Positions 1-10,312 of a DNA stretch of 64,000 bases are shown in pieces. Numbering within the stretch: the stretch's first letter is position 1; every line of letters begins with the position of its first letter. Under the pieces are notes generated by a model, which was not told the DNA's origin, ran no database searches, and worked only from the letters and a program-made list of their open reading frames with translations. Source of the stretch: an uncultured Chloroflexia bacterium (GTDB lineage: Bacteria; Chloroflexota; Anaerolineae; JAAYZQ01); assembly GCA_963700285.1 (NCBI GenBank), contig CAVOXA010000014.1, positions 640,001 through 704,000 on the forward strand, written 5' to 3'. A program made the position numbers and the translations under genes.

Positions 1-2
1 AG

Positions 3-458
3 GAAGCCTACTACCGGCGCTTGATGCCGATGATCGACCATCTGGGATCCGAGCATTGGGAGTTTCTGGGCATTCTCCCACAAGCGCAGATGCCAGCCTT
101 TTTTGCCGCTTGCGACGTGCTGGTCGTGCCCAGTCTGAACTCTACCGAGTCGTTCGGATTGGTGCAGGTAGAGGCGATGCTGTGTGGAACCCCCTCCGTC
201 GCCAGCAATCTACCTGGCGTGCGCCAACCACCACTTGTAACCGGCATGGGCCAGGTGACAGAGATTGGCAATTCGGACGCCCTGGCCGAGGCTATCATCC
301 AAATCATCCAGGATCCAGAGGACTATGCCCGGCCCAGGCAGGTCATCGAGGACACCTTCAGTCTGGAACGCACGGTCACCAGCTACGAGGCATTATTCGA
401 AGAGCTGGTCTCCGGCGGCGCCCGGATCAGCCAACCCGTAAAAGCTCGCGAGGCGTGA
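3..458 (+). CDS. Glycosyltransferase family 4 (GT-B), C-terminal part; runs off the left edge
   Basis: DVLVVPS..TESFGLVQVEAMLCGTPSVASNLPG is the GT4 motif; the frame is open from position 3. Confidence 0.9.
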   Translation, partial: EAYYRRLMPMIDHLGSEHWEFLGILPQAQMPAFFAACDVLVVPSLNSTESFGLVQVEAMLCGTPSVASNLPGVRQPPLVTGMGQVTEIGNSDALAEAIIQIIQDPEDYARPRQVIEDTFSLERTVTSYEALFEELVSGGARISQPVKAREA

Positions 459-508
459 CGGGTGATCGGCGATGCGTACCTCGTGAGTCATCATGCGTGA
501 CGCGCGAC
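453..508. repeat. Degenerate heptamer tandem repeat (GCGTGAY-like x8)
   Basis: gcgtgac gggtgat cggcgat gcgtacc tcgtgag tcatcat gcgtgac gcgcgac fills the intergenic gap. Confidence 0.55.
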
Positions 509-510
509 CC

Positions 511-1296
511 ATGGACGACGACTTTCTCTGGCGGCATCTGAAAGACTTGCCTGCATTCCGGGCGTTGTTGCGGGCTGTTGAGGCCCGGCTTTATCAGGAT
601 CTCTTGCCCCTCAAGGAGCCGGTCCTCGATGTGGGCTGTGGCGATGGTCATTTTGCATCGGTTGCCTTCCCCAGTCCTCTCGCGGTTGGCATAGACCCGG
701 CGGGCGCTGTCCTCCGCGAAGCGCGGGAGCGAGGTGCCTATAGGATCCTGGCCCAATCCCTGGGCGATGCCCTTCCTGTTCCCGACAAAAGAATCGCTAC
801 GGTTGTCAGCAACTCCGTACTCGAGCACATTCCCCAGGTTGATCCTGTCCTGACCGAGATCGCGCGCGTCCTCAAGCCTGGAGGGAGATTTATCTTTTGT
901 GTACCCAGCGAGCACTTTACGGAACTGCTGTTTTTCACGCAGGCCTTCCGCCTGCTCGGGTTGAAAAACCTGGCCGGTTCTTACCAGCGGTATTTCGACC
1001 GTATCTCACGCCACCATCACTGTGACGGGATCGAGACATGGCAAGCACGCTTGGCCAGGGCCGACCTGCGCCTCTTGGATTCGTTTTACTACTTTTCTGA
1101 ACAAGCCTTGCACGCGCTGGATCTGGGCCACTACTTTGGCGCGCCCAGCCTGCTGACAAAGAAGCTATTCGACCGGTGGATCCTGGCCCCCTTCCACTGG
1201 AACCTGGCCTTGACTGAACGCTGGCTGCGCCCCCTCTACGAAGAACCTCTGCCTCAAGTTGGCGCCTACCTTTTCTTCATAGCAATCAGGAACTGA
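511..1296 (+). CDS. Class I SAM-dependent methyltransferase
   Basis: VLDVGCGDG motif I, SNSVLEHIP, RVLKPGG; start probably ATG 511 (ORF track gives 493). Confidence 0.9.
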   Translation: MDDDFLWRHLKDLPAFRALLRAVEARLYQDLLPLKEPVLDVGCGDGHFASVAFPSPLAVGIDPAGAVLREARERGAYRILAQSLGDALPVPDKRIATVVSNSVLEHIPQVDPVLTEIARVLKPGGRFIFCVPSEHFTELLFFTQAFRLLGLKNLAGSYQRYFDRISRHHHCDGIETWQARLARADLRLLDSFYYFSEQALHALDLGHYFGAPSLLTKKLFDRWILAPFHWNLALTERWLRPLYEEPLPQVGAYLFFIAIRN

Positions 1297-1359
1297 TTGC
1301 GTCAGATTGCCGCAGTCAGGAACTGATTGCCGCAGTCAGGAACTGATTGCCGCAGTCAG
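1282..1359. repeat. Tandem 20-bp hairpin repeat (GCARTCAG-GAA-CTGATTGC) x3 plus partials
   Basis: The unit gtcaggaactgattgccgca repeats directly; each unit is an 8-bp stem with a GAA loop. Confidence 0.85.
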
Positions 1360-1383
1360 AGCCCAAGTACCGCAGTGACTACT

Positions 1384-1412
1384 TTGGCGTTCCCGTGGAA
1401 CAATGCTATAAT
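1384..1412 (+). promoter_or_regulatory. Sigma70-type promoter for the ArnT-like gene
   Basis: TTGGCG-N17-TATAAT with extended -10 TG. Confidence 0.6.
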
Positions 1413-1496
1413 GCTTGGCGCGATCCCTCTGCAGGCTGCCTGCATGGGCATTGTGTCAAGGTCTTTCACTTCCAGAAGATCAGTTGGTGGTTGCGC

Positions 1497-3521
1497 GTGA
1501 CAAGAGGTCGTCGTACGGCAGCGCTTCTGCTCCTAGCAACTGCTCTGGGCTTGGCTGCGCTTGGACAGTCCTACTTTTTCTTCCGCCGGGGTTATTTGTG
1601 GGACGGTCTCGTCCTGCACGGCTTGGCGGCGATCTGTTTTGGGTTGGCCTGGCGAGCCACGACACCGAGTAACCGGAAACCTCTACGACCGGGAACCGGC
1701 TCCGTGCGGTTGAGCCAGTGGATCCATGGCCAGCCCATTCGAGCAGTCCTCATGTTGCTGGGTCTGATACTGGGACTGACCGCTGCGCTATTGTCCCAGA
1801 GTAGGGCCTGGAATCAATCCGCCCTCGATGCCGTGGCACTGTGGCTTCTGGGCATAGGCGCTGTGGCGGCAGCGGCGATCTGGCCCAGTTCCCCACGATC
1901 TGGCCGCCCTGAAGGCAGGCGGCTTCGGCTGGAACGCATGAGCCGGGATACGTGGCTGGAGATGGCCACCGTCGCCGCCGTGACACTGCTTGCCCTAATC
2001 CTGCGGGTCGCGGCACTGGATCGGGTGCCCTATACGCTTGGCGGCGACGAGGCCTGGCACGGTCTGCTGGCCCGGCAGGTACTCAGTGGCGAGTTGCGCA
2101 ATCCCTTTGTGATGGGCTACATGTCCATGCCCACATTTTTCTATTGGCCCATCAGCTGGTCTCTGCGGCTCGTGGGGAATGACATTATTGGCCTGCGGAT
2201 GCCAGCGGCTTTGGCGGGTATGGTGACCATACCCATCCTCTACCTTTTCGCGCGCCGCCTTTGGGGCAGGCGGATCGCCCTCCTCTGCGCTCTCTTCCTG
2301 ACCGCCTATGACTACCACATTCACTACAGCCGCCTGGGTGCCAACAACGTGTGGGATCCGTTTTTTGTAGTGTTAACGCTGTGGCTCGTTGATCTGGGCC
2401 TGACTTGCAGGGACAGGCTTGGCAGCTCCCGATTCTTCGCCCTGGCCGGCCTCGTGGCGGGCCTGAGTGTATTCTACTACACAGGGGCGAGGCTTCTTCC
2501 CCCCTTGGTTGCGGTGTACGTGACCTTCGTATGGATCAAGAGAACTAGATCCCAAAAAACAGGGGAATGGCCTGGCAGCTATGCGGGGCCCCTGCTCGCG
2601 CTGGCCATGGCTTTCCTCGTGGCCGCAGGACCCATGCTGGGCCTCGCACTGTCACATCCTGACGACTGGAACGCTCGGATCAACCAGGTTGGCATCATTC
2701 AATCTGGTTGGCTTGCGCAAGAGCCAGGCTTGACGGGCAAGACTTTGTTGCAGGTCCTGGTCGAACAGTTCCTTCGAGCAGCGGGAGCATTCCATGTCTT
2801 CCCCGACCGCACTGCGTGGTACGGCGCCGATCAGCCGCTGCTGGGTCCCGTGGCCGGGGGCTTTGCCATATTTGGAATGGCTTGGGCGCTGTTTCACTGG
2901 CGGGAGCGACGCCATTTCCTGGTGCTGATCTGGTTCTGGTCCGTCGTCCTCACTGGCGGCATGCTGACCGAAAGCCCACCCTCCAGCCAGCGATTGGTAA
3001 TTGCCATTCCGGCTGTGTCGATTCTTGTGGCCCTTGGGCTGGAGCGAACCGTAGCTCTACTCCGGCGGCTCCTCGATCTGAAACATGACCTGTGGGACGG
3101 CATCGTACCGGCCGCGCTGATGGCGGTGCTGATGATCGTAGCCGTACGCTTTTACTTTGTTGAATTTACCTCCGCGCGGCGCTACGGCAGCGCCAATGGC
3201 GAGACAGCGACGATGATGGCCTACTATTTACGGGAACTGGAAGGGAACCCCCATGCCTACTTGTTGGGGGCGCCCCGCCTTTATTGGGGCTTTGGCACGA
3301 TGGAGTTCATGGCGCCAAAAATACAGGGCTTTGACATCGTGGACCCCCTCGATGCACCTCCTGACTTTTTAGACACAAGCCAAGGAGCTATCTTTCTCTT
3401 TCTGCCTGAACGCGCCGGTGAACTCGGGTGGGTGACAAAGGCGTTTCCAGAGGGGGAAACGCACCAGTTCTATGATAAGGGTGGTGAACTCAGGTTCACG
3501 GCCTACACTGTGGCTCCCTAG
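1497..3521 (+). CDS. ArnT/PMT-like (GT83/GT39) membrane glycosyltransferase
   Basis: Polytopic membrane protein with GGDEAW, HIHYSR and YYTGAR motifs; start placed at GTG 1497, downstream of the promoter. Confidence 0.85.
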   Translation: MTRGRRTAALLLLATALGLAALGQSYFFFRRGYLWDGLVLHGLAAICFGLAWRATTPSNRKPLRPGTGSVRLSQWIHGQPIRAVLMLLGLILGLTAALLSQSRAWNQSALDAVALWLLGIGAVAAAAIWPSSPRSGRPEGRRLRLERMSRDTWLEMATVAAVTLLALILRVAALDRVPYTLGGDEAWHGLLARQVLSGELRNPFVMGYMSMPTFFYWPISWSLRLVGNDIIGLRMPAALAGMVTIPILYLFARRLWGRRIALLCALFLTAYDYHIHYSRLGANNVWDPFFVVLTLWLVDLGLTCRDRLGSSRFFALAGLVAGLSVFYYTGARLLPPLVAVYVTFVWIKRTRSQKTGEWPGSYAGPLLALAMAFLVAAGPMLGLALSHPDDWNARINQVGIIQSGWLAQEPGLTGKTLLQVLVEQFLRAAGAFHVFPDRTAWYGADQPLLGPVAGGFAIFGMAWALFHWRERRHFLVLIWFWSVVLTGGMLTESPPSSQRLVIAIPAVSILVALGLERTVALLRRLLDLKHDLWDGIVPAALMAVLMIVAVRFYFVEFTSARRYGSANGETATMMAYYLRELEGNPHAYLLGAPRLYWGFGTMEFMAPKIQGFDIVDPLDAPPDFLDTSQGAIFLFLPERAGELGWVTKAFPEGETHQFYDKGGELRFTAYTVAP

Positions 3522-3606
3522 CGCTGCCTTGAACCCTGGCCATTCTGCTGCAGAGCCTTCCCTTGCGCCGTCGTATTCTGTACAGAACCGGGGGCTTTCG
3601 GGATTT

Positions 3607-4449
3607 CTAGATCCCCGTGGCCGATTCTCCTGCCCGAGAATCCCCAGAGTCACCGACCCCGTGGTTGCAGTTTGATGCACCGGCGTCTTTCCTCGCCTGC
3701 CACCACAGGATCAGCAGCCCTATCCCAGTCGCAAGAATCAATAGCAGATCGATCCCTTGGCTCAGTCGCCAAGGGCCGAGGTAGACCGTTTCGTCTCCGC
3801 GGGTGGACGCCAGAAGGAGCATACCGGCAGAGTAGAGGAAGACATACATCAGAAAGGCTGCACCGTGGAAGGACCAGCGCCTTCTTAGCAACCAGAAACC
3901 GACAAAGAGAAGCAGGGCATAGGTCAGGCCAACCACCTGGGTGGCAAATCGTGGCGCATCAACACCGAACAGATCAGGAAGGATGATGTGGCCAAAGCCC
4001 TCGCCAACCGCGCCGTAGGCGCAGCCCCCCACCAGGCAAGCTGTCCAGCCAAACACGATGCCAGCGGAAAGGCTCAATACGAGGGCATCAGCCAACTTCC
4101 AGAAAAAGTGCAGGCCTGCAGCCCGCCTGTGGGCGCCGGCATAGAGTATCACCGCCAACAACCCTCCAAGAAATGCCCCGTGGTAGGACAGCCCGCCTTC
4201 CCAGATCCGTGGTACCAGGGTCCAGCCCTCGGCAAAGACAGCCCAGTTGGCCAGCACGAATCCGATACGCCCACCCAAGAGTCCGCCGACGACAACCCAC
4301 AATCCAAGATCCAGTGCTGTCTCCCCTTTCCCGAGGATCCGTTTTCCCTCAGAGTAGGCTAGCAGTAGACCCAGGATGAGTCCCAGGTCAAGCAGAATGG
4401 TATAGGTGGGAACAGGCCATCGGCCAATCGTGAACAGCGTCGGATACAT
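3607..4449 (-). CDS. lgt: Prolipoprotein diacylglyceryl transferase (Lgt family)
   Basis: MYPTLFTIG start, GGRIGFV, IWEGGLSYHGA; some catalytic motifs are divergent. Confidence 0.8.
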   Translation of the reverse strand: MYPTLFTIGRWPVPTYTILLDLGLILGLLLAYSEGKRILGKGETALDLGLWVVVGGLLGGRIGFVLANWAVFAEGWTLVPRIWEGGLSYHGAFLGGLLAVILYAGAHRRAAGLHFFWKLADALVLSLSAGIVFGWTACLVGGCAYGAVGEGFGHIILPDLFGVDAPRFATQVVGLTYALLLFVGFWLLRRRWSFHGAAFLMYVFLYSAGMLLLASTRGDETVYLGPWRLSQGIDLLLILATGIGLLILWWQARKDAGASNCNHGVGDSGDSRAGESATGI

Positions 4450-4469
4450 AGTCGATAGACCGCTCGGGC

Positions 4470-6965
4470 CTACTCGCAAAGTCCTTCGACGATGCGCTCA
4501 TAGCGCTCGGTCAGCTCATCGGCTTCCCCGTCGCTGCCGGCCTCGGCATGGATATGGAACTTTGGGTAGTCTGGATCGGGCAGGATCAGCACCCATTCCG
4601 CTTCGCCCAGCAAGATCTTGATGCCATCGATGAGATCGGCACGGCGATCCTTGTACTGCTGGTTCAGCAGACGCATGACTTTTCCCTTATTCTCCCAGGC
4701 ACAAGAGACTTCGCGGTGCCTGATGGCAAAGGGCGGCAGCCCAGCCACAACGTCTGCGAGACTCGTATCCTGGGTGGCCAGGAACTCTAGCAGTTTAACA
4801 GCGGCCATCAGGCCATCAATGGTAGGATGAAAACGGGGAAAGACAAAGTTGCCCGTGCCGTCGGCGGCGACGACCACCCCCTCCCGCTCTGACATGTCCA
4901 TGAGCGCATGGGGATCCACCTTGCAGCGGAGTACCTGGCCGCCATGTTCAGCCGCGATCCGTTCAAAGATGCTGGGCATGTGGACCGGGACCACAATGGT
5001 GCCCCCTGGGTTTGCCCGCAGCGCCAGGGTGGCCAATGCTGCTGCGGCATGCACACCTGACACGCGCCCGCCGGTGTGATCGACCAAAAAGATCTTTTCA
5101 CCACCCACGTCAAAGCGGACCCCCAGGCGTGTATCCAAGGCACCGGTAATCAGGCTTAATTCCTTGAGCGCTTTGTCAAAGGTCTCGGGCGACACCGACA
5201 TCTTGTCGCCATCAACATGCGCTGCCAGAGGCACTACCTCGACGCCCAGATCACTCAGGATAGGAGATAGAACCTCAGAAGCAGGAGCGTAGGCATAGTC
5301 CACGACGATCTGGAATCCTGCCTGGCGGATGGCCTCGGCATCGACCGCATCCAGAAATCCCTGGGTATAGGTTTCAGCCACCTGGGGCGCATACTCAATG
5401 GTACCTATCTCATCCAGATAGACCCGTCGAAAGTCTTCGCGGAAGAAAATACGCTCGATGCCCCGCTCGGCGTCTTTGCTCATGTTGCGGCCCTGGTCAT
5501 CAAAGAAGCGAATATCCACCACGCGCCGGTCAAAGGGTGACAGACGAACGTGCACACACCCAACTGCGTCGGTCACTCGCGTGTAGTAGCGGGCCACCGG
5601 TATGGGCACTGAGCGCAGATCCCTGGCGTGCATGCCGGCAGAGGGCAGGCCGGAAATGACCGCGCGTTTGATCATCCGCGGACTGCGATGTGGATCGCGG
5701 TTAATGGTAACGCTACAGCCTTTGGGCAGGGTCGCCCCAAAGGCTGCACCCATCTTGGCCGCGAATTCGGGGGTCAAGTCCACGTTGACCACACCCGTGA
5801 CGCCAAATCGTCCAAAGAGCACGCGCCGGCCCCGCGCTCCCCAGATGATACTCGTCTTCACGATGGCGCCCGGCTCGATCTCTTTCTCAGGCCAGACCTT
5901 CACGTTGGCGTGGAGCACCGCTGCCTCACCAACGATGGAGCTATCGCCCAATACCACTCCCTCAAAGAGTACAGCCTTGCTCTTGATCGTGCATTGGCGA
6001 CCGACGATCGCCCCACGCAACTCGGCGCCCTCGCCAATGTAACAATTCCTCCAGATAATGCTGCGGTCGATGTGCGCCCTGTTGTCCACGATGGTATAGT
6101 CGCGGATTACCGTTGGACCATGAATGATCACACCGCCCTTGATCTTGACCTCTTCACCCAGGTAGATGGGCCCATAAAGCTGGGCATCGGGGGCAATCTC
6201 TACATTCTCGCCGCACCAGATATCACCGCCAATGTGCCGCCCCAGCTCCTCGGTCTGCACCCGGTGATGAAGCACATCACCTGTGGCACGCATATACTCG
6301 GCGATGTCGCCAACATCGGTCCAGTTTCCATCGGCCACATAGCCATAGATTGGCCGGCCAGACTCTAGCAATGTGGGAAAGATGTCCTGGCTCCAGTCGG
6401 TCTTGACACCTTCTTCCATGAGATCCAAAACAGAGGGATCGATCACATAGATACCGGTGTTTACCGTATCAGATATTACCTCACCCCAGGATGGCTTCTC
6501 CAAGAATTGGGTGATCTTGCCATCTGGATTGGTGATAATCACCCCGTACTCCAACGGGTTGGGAACACGATACAAGGTCAAAGTAGCCTCGGCGTCCTTT
6601 GCCTCATGGAAGTCGATGACCTGTTTGAGGTCAATATCGGTGACGGCGTCGCCACTGATGATGAGAAAGGGCTCATCCAGAAACTCCTGGGCATTCTTGA
6701 CACTGCCTGCCGTACCAAGGGGAGTCTCCTCAATCGCATAGTGGAGCTTCATGCCCAGGCTGCTGCCATCACCAAAGTAGCTCTGAATTACCTCTGGCAT
6801 AAAATGCAGTGTGATCACAACCTCGGTGATACCCTGACGTTTGAGAAGGTCTAAAATGTGGCCCATCACCGGTTTGGAGGCCATGGGAACCATCGGCTTG
6901 GGGCGACCGATGGTCAGGGGGCGCAGGCGCGAACCCTCACCGCCAGCCATTACGACTGCTTTCAT
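4470..6965 (-). CDS. Mannose-1-phosphate guanylyltransferase fused to a phosphomannomutase-like domain
   Basis: [19 protein letters not shown] transferase, hexapeptide region, [12 protein letters not shown]-like domain; 831 aa. Confidence 0.92.
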   Translation of the reverse strand: MKAVVMAGGEGSRLRPLTIGRPKPMVPMASKPVMGHILDLLKRQGITEVVITLHFMPEVIQSYFGDGSSLGMKLHYAIEETPLGTAGSVKNAQEFLDEPFLIISGDAVTDIDLKQVIDFHEAKDAEATLTLYRVPNPLEYGVIITNPDGKITQFLEKPSWGEVISDTVNTGIYVIDPSVLDLMEEGVKTDWSQDIFPTLLESGRPIYGYVADGNWTDVGDIAEYMRATGDVLHHRVQTEELGRHIGGDIWCGENVEIAPDAQLYGPIYLGEEVKIKGGVIIHGPTVIRDYTIVDNRAHIDRSIIWRNCYIGEGAELRGAIVGRQCTIKSKAVLFEGVVLGDSSIVGEAAVLHANVKVWPEKEIEPGAIVKTSIIWGARGRRVLFGRFGVTGVVNVDLTPEFAAKMGAAFGATLPKGCSVTINRDPHRSPRMIKRAVISGLPSAGMHARDLRSVPIPVARYYTRVTDAVGCVHVRLSPFDRRVVDIRFFDDQGRNMSKDAERGIERIFFREDFRRVYLDEIGTIEYAPQVAETYTQGFLDAVDAEAIRQAGFQIVVDYAYAPASEVLSPILSDLGVEVVPLAAHVDGDKMSVSPETFDKALKELSLITGALDTRLGVRFDVGGEKIFLVDHTGGRVSGVHAAAALATLALRANPGGTIVVPVHMPSIFERIAAEHGGQVLRCKVDPHALMDMSEREGVVVAADGTGNFVFPRFHPTIDGLMAAVKLLEFLATQDTSLADVVAGLPPFAIRHREVSCAWENKGKVMRLLNQQYKDRRADLIDGIKILLGEAEWVLILPDPDYPKFHIHAEAGSDGEADELTERYERIVEGLCE

Positions 6966-7062
6966 CTTGTGCTCCTTTCAGCGGACCTGGAAGGTACTTG
7001 ATCGCCGCCACCCGAGCGGGTGTGAAACACCATGTCCAAGTTCAGAATCCTTGATCACCTGG

Positions 7063-7091
7063 ATTATACTCGAAAAGCCAGCCTGCGGCAA
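7063..7091 (-). promoter_or_regulatory. Sigma70-type promoter of the guanylyltransferase-lgt operon
   Basis: TTGCCG-N17-TATAAT on the minus strand. Confidence 0.6.
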
Positions 7092-7150
7092 GCGGCAGCC
7101 ACCACCTTTGTTCTATTCAATGGCAGATCGGCTCGGGTACGCTTGAACAC

Positions 7151-7179
7151 TTGACAGCAACAATCTACCGGGCTATACT
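7151..7179 (+). promoter_or_regulatory. Sigma70-type promoter of the URO-D-like gene
   Basis: TTGACA-N17-TATACT. Confidence 0.75.
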
Positions 7180-7265
7180 TGCGCCTGTCGCCGGTCCGGC
7201 TGCAGCCATGCCCTGGCAGCAGCGGAATGCCCTCGGCCAGGGGAATCAGATAGCCCACAGAAAGG

Positions 7266-8351
7266 ATGCGCAGCATGAGCCAGCAGAAAGAGATCCTGTC
7301 ACGATTCTACGGAGAGGCGGGCACGGGTACCCTCTACCTCCCGGACCTCACTCTTTGGTATGATTGGCATCATGGGCAAGATACCCTACCTCCTGAATGG
7401 CATGGCGCCACGCTGCCTGATATCGCCCGATCCATGGGCGTACCAGCATGGCTGCCCCTGAAACCATGGTGGGTCGAGATGCGGGGAGTGCAGATTGAGA
7501 TCATTGAGCAAGATGGCGAACGACTCGTCCGCTGGGAGACGCCCAGCGGAGAGATGCAAGCCCGCTGGATCTTTGGCCCCGACGGCGACTGGTGGCAGAC
7601 CGAGTATCCGGTCAAGACCGCAGGTGATCTCCGAACTGCCCTGGAAGCTGTCGAGGCCCGGACCTACGTGCTGGATCCGGCCGCGCTGGAGCGGAGCAGG
7701 CAGTCGGTGGGCCAAGATGGCATCTTGGCGCTAGAGATCCCACGCCGCCCCTATTCCGACCTGTTGCACGAGTTGCTGGGTTGGAACGAGGGACTATTGC
7801 TGCTGGGCGAGCCAGCGGTCCAGGAGGCGCTGAACTGCCTGGAGGAGAAGCTCCAGCATCTCGTAAGGGATGTCGCAACCCTGCCTGGAGACATTGTCTT
7901 TTCCCCGGACAACCTGGACGGTCAGTTCATCTCGCCCCGAATGTTCACAATGCATCTAGCCGGCAGCTACCGGCAGACAGCCGGGGTTCTGCACGAACAG
8001 GACAAACAATTCGTGGTACACGTCGGCGGGCCGATCCGGCACCTTATCAAACCCCTGGCCGAGGCGGACATCGACGGCATTGAGGGGATCGCTGGACCAC
8101 CACAGAGCAATGCCACACTGGCCGAAGCACGGGCGCTGGCTGGCCCGGATGTGACACTATGGGGCGGTATTGCCCAAGACCTGCTGGTTGAGACCTATGA
8201 AGAAGAGAGGTTCTCGGACGCGGTAGAGCAAGCTGTGTGCGAAGCCAAAGGCGACAGCCGCATGATCCTGGGTGTGGCCGACCGTGTACCGGTGAACGCC
8301 AACCTGGAGCGGCTCATGATGCTCCAGTCATTGATCCACCAGTTCTCATGA
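7266..8351 (+). CDS. Uroporphyrinogen decarboxylase-like (URO-D/MtaA superfamily) protein
   Basis: EYPVKT, PDNLDGQFISP, VHVGG, LWGGIAQ, LGVADRVP. Confidence 0.75.
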   Translation: MRSMSQQKEILSRFYGEAGTGTLYLPDLTLWYDWHHGQDTLPPEWHGATLPDIARSMGVPAWLPLKPWWVEMRGVQIEIIEQDGERLVRWETPSGEMQARWIFGPDGDWWQTEYPVKTAGDLRTALEAVEARTYVLDPAALERSRQSVGQDGILALEIPRRPYSDLLHELLGWNEGLLLLGEPAVQEALNCLEEKLQHLVRDVATLPGDIVFSPDNLDGQFISPRMFTMHLAGSYRQTAGVLHEQDKQFVVHVGGPIRHLIKPLAEADIDGIEGIAGPPQSNATLAEARALAGPDVTLWGGIAQDLLVETYEEERFSDAVEQAVCEAKGDSRMILGVADRVPVNANLERLMMLQSLIHQFS

Positions 8352-8401
8352 TCTTACGGGTATTTCAGGCCAGTCGATGTCGGAGCAGAAGCCATTGGCC
8401 A

Positions 8402-9151
8402 CTAATGGGGCAATTCGTCCAAGGTCCTGAGTAGTGCCAGGGTGGCAGCTACCACTTGATCCATTTGGGCTGCCCGAGTTATAGAGGCTTCGTTGTCGCC
8501 GACCTGGTGACCATACCAGCCGAACTGGGCGTGGTTGCCGCCCTCGATGGGGACCCAGGTGGTATCGGGCGGCAATAAGGGACGGGAAGTAGCGATCTTG
8601 TCCTCCGTTGCCAGACCATCCAACGTGCCATAGATGGAGGCCACAGCCATGTCACGGCCTGATAGATCATCGTCACTGGCTGGATAGGAGGCCCACAGTG
8701 CCAGCCCTTGGCTGGCGTCCGGGTTCTGATAGGCAAAGCGGGCGGCCATGGCTCCGCCCAGGGAATGGCCGCCAATGGCCCATTGCTGCACTTTGGGAAA
8801 GGCGGCCATCACATCTGCAGCACGGTCCGGGGCCAGGATGGCCAGACCCAAGGGCATGGGGACGATGGCAACCAGGTAGCCCTCCGCAGCCAGGGCACGG
8901 GCTGCTGGAGCGTAGGCACGGGGATCGACGCGCCCGCCCGGATAAAAGACAAGACCCGTGCTAGGCGCCTCTCCAGCCGCCTGGAACACGAGCCAAGGCT
9001 CAGTCTCAACTCGCACTTGGCCATCAGGTTGCAGCGCAGCCAATGCCTCAGGCATGGGAGCCGGCCCGCTGGTAGCCCAAAGCACAAAGCCGGCCACGGC
9101 GACAGCCGGCACGAGCAGCACCAGCCACCACCACCTTTTCAGTTTCCTCAT
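8402..9151 (-). CDS. Alpha/beta hydrolase with N-terminal membrane anchor
   Basis: FYPGGRV, GHSLGG nucleophile elbow, IEGGNHAQFG. Confidence 0.9.
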   Translation of the reverse strand: MRKLKRWWWLVLLVPAVAVAGFVLWATSGPAPMPEALAALQPDGQVRVETEPWLVFQAAGEAPSTGLVFYPGGRVDPRAYAPAARALAAEGYLVAIVPMPLGLAILAPDRAADVMAAFPKVQQWAIGGHSLGGAMAARFAYQNPDASQGLALWASYPASDDDLSGRDMAVASIYGTLDGLATEDKIATSRPLLPPDTTWVPIEGGNHAQFGWYGHQVGDNEASITRAAQMDQVVAATLALLRTLDELPH

Positions 9152-9280
9152 GACAACCCTCCGGCTACCCTGATACCTGTCGCGATACTCGCAAAGGTCT
9201 CAAACTCCAGAGCAGCCCAGTTGTAGAGCGCATATGAACCGGGCGGCGATGGGTGGCATCCCTGCGGACTACACAACAAG

Positions 9281-9308
9281 CGAGCCCATCGCCAAGGCGA
9301 CGGGCTCG
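9281..9308 (-). terminator. Hairpin downstream of the DUF1801 gene, possible terminator
   Basis: CGAGCCCGTCGCC-TT-GGCGATGGGCTCG followed by a weak U tract. Confidence 0.45.
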
Positions 9309-9366
9309 AAAACTTGTAGGATCCGGCAAGGGAAGCCACATCGGCAAACCCAAACACCCCCCTGGG

Positions 9367-9783
9367 CTAGCTGTGGCTTTCAGCCATATGCTCCGCCGAC
9401 TGCCTGACCAGTTCTCGCAAGGTCTCAAGATCCACATCCTCGAGCTTGTTGATGTAGAGACACGATTTTCCGGTCTTGTACTTGCCGAGATCCGCCAGCA
9501 GGGCATCATAGTCGTCAAAGCCCGACATGATATACAGCGTCAAATTCTGCTTTCGCGGAGAAAAGCCCACGAGAGGCCATTCGCCTTCACTTCCGGAGGC
9601 GTACCTGTAACGATAGCTGCCAAAGCCGACGATACTCGTACCCCACATCGCTGGTTCCTGTCCGGTCACCTCTTGCATAAGCTCCAGGATGGCCAAGCTG
9701 TCCTTACGTTTCTTCTCGCCGGGAACGCTGTCCAGAAAATCAACGACGCTGGCATCGGTCTTCTGAGTCTTGAGCTTGGCCAT
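9367..9783 (-). CDS. DUF1801 domain protein
   Basis: MWGTSIVGFGSYRYRYASG, GFSPRK, GKSCLYINKL. Confidence 0.88.
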   Translation of the reverse strand: MAKLKTQKTDASVVDFLDSVPGEKKRKDSLAILELMQEVTGQEPAMWGTSIVGFGSYRYRYASGSEGEWPLVGFSPRKQNLTLYIMSGFDDYDALLADLGKYKTGKSCLYINKLEDVDLETLRELVRQSAEHMAESHS

Positions 9784-9785
9784 GC

Positions 9786-10202
9786 CTATACCAGCTTGGC
9801 CTCCAGTCTAATTTCGGGTCCGGTCAGAGCTTTTGAGACGGGGCAGTCGTTCTTTGCGGCTTCGGCGAGCGCCATGAATTCTTCCTGGCCAACACCGGGA
9901 ACGTCAGCCTCCGTACGAAGCTTGATCAAGGCAATTGTGGGTCCCTCGCGAAGGTGGACAGCCGCCGTCGTGTAGATGCGCGTAGGCGTATAGCCCGCAT
10001 CGGTGAGCAGGGCCGCCAGGAACTGTGAAAAGCATGCGGCATGCGCCGCGCCGACCAGTTCCTCCGGGTTCGTCCCAGGCCCTTCCTCAAAGCGCGAGGA
10101 AAATGAATAGGGCCCCTCGAAAGCACCGCTGGCCAGCCTCACGCTGCCAGCGCCTTCTTTTAGGGTACCCTTCCAGTCAGCAGATGAAGTACGAATTGGC
10201 AT
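9786..10202 (-). CDS. osmC: OsmC family peroxiredoxin
   Basis: GTNPEELVGAAHAACF and CPVSKAL. Confidence 0.92.
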   Translation of the reverse strand: MPIRTSSADWKGTLKEGAGSVRLASGAFEGPYSFSSRFEEGPGTNPEELVGAAHAACFSQFLAALLTDAGYTPTRIYTTAAVHLREGPTIALIKLRTEADVPGVGQEEFMALAEAAKNDCPVSKALTGPEIRLEAKLV

Positions 10203-10312
10203 TGTTCCCTCCCTTTCTCATCTTTCTGAAGTAGCAATCTCCAGAATACCCTACAAAGATGAACAAGTCAAGGCGTTTTGCATTAAACCTGCGTTAAGAA
10301 TGGAAGGGAAAG

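Noticed and set aside
1282-1359. Mini CRISPR array
   Set aside because: Repeats are directly adjacent with no unique spacers, and there are no cas genes.
9223-9272. GTAG..CTAC REP-like inverted repeat
   Set aside because: Short, mismatched stem seen only once.
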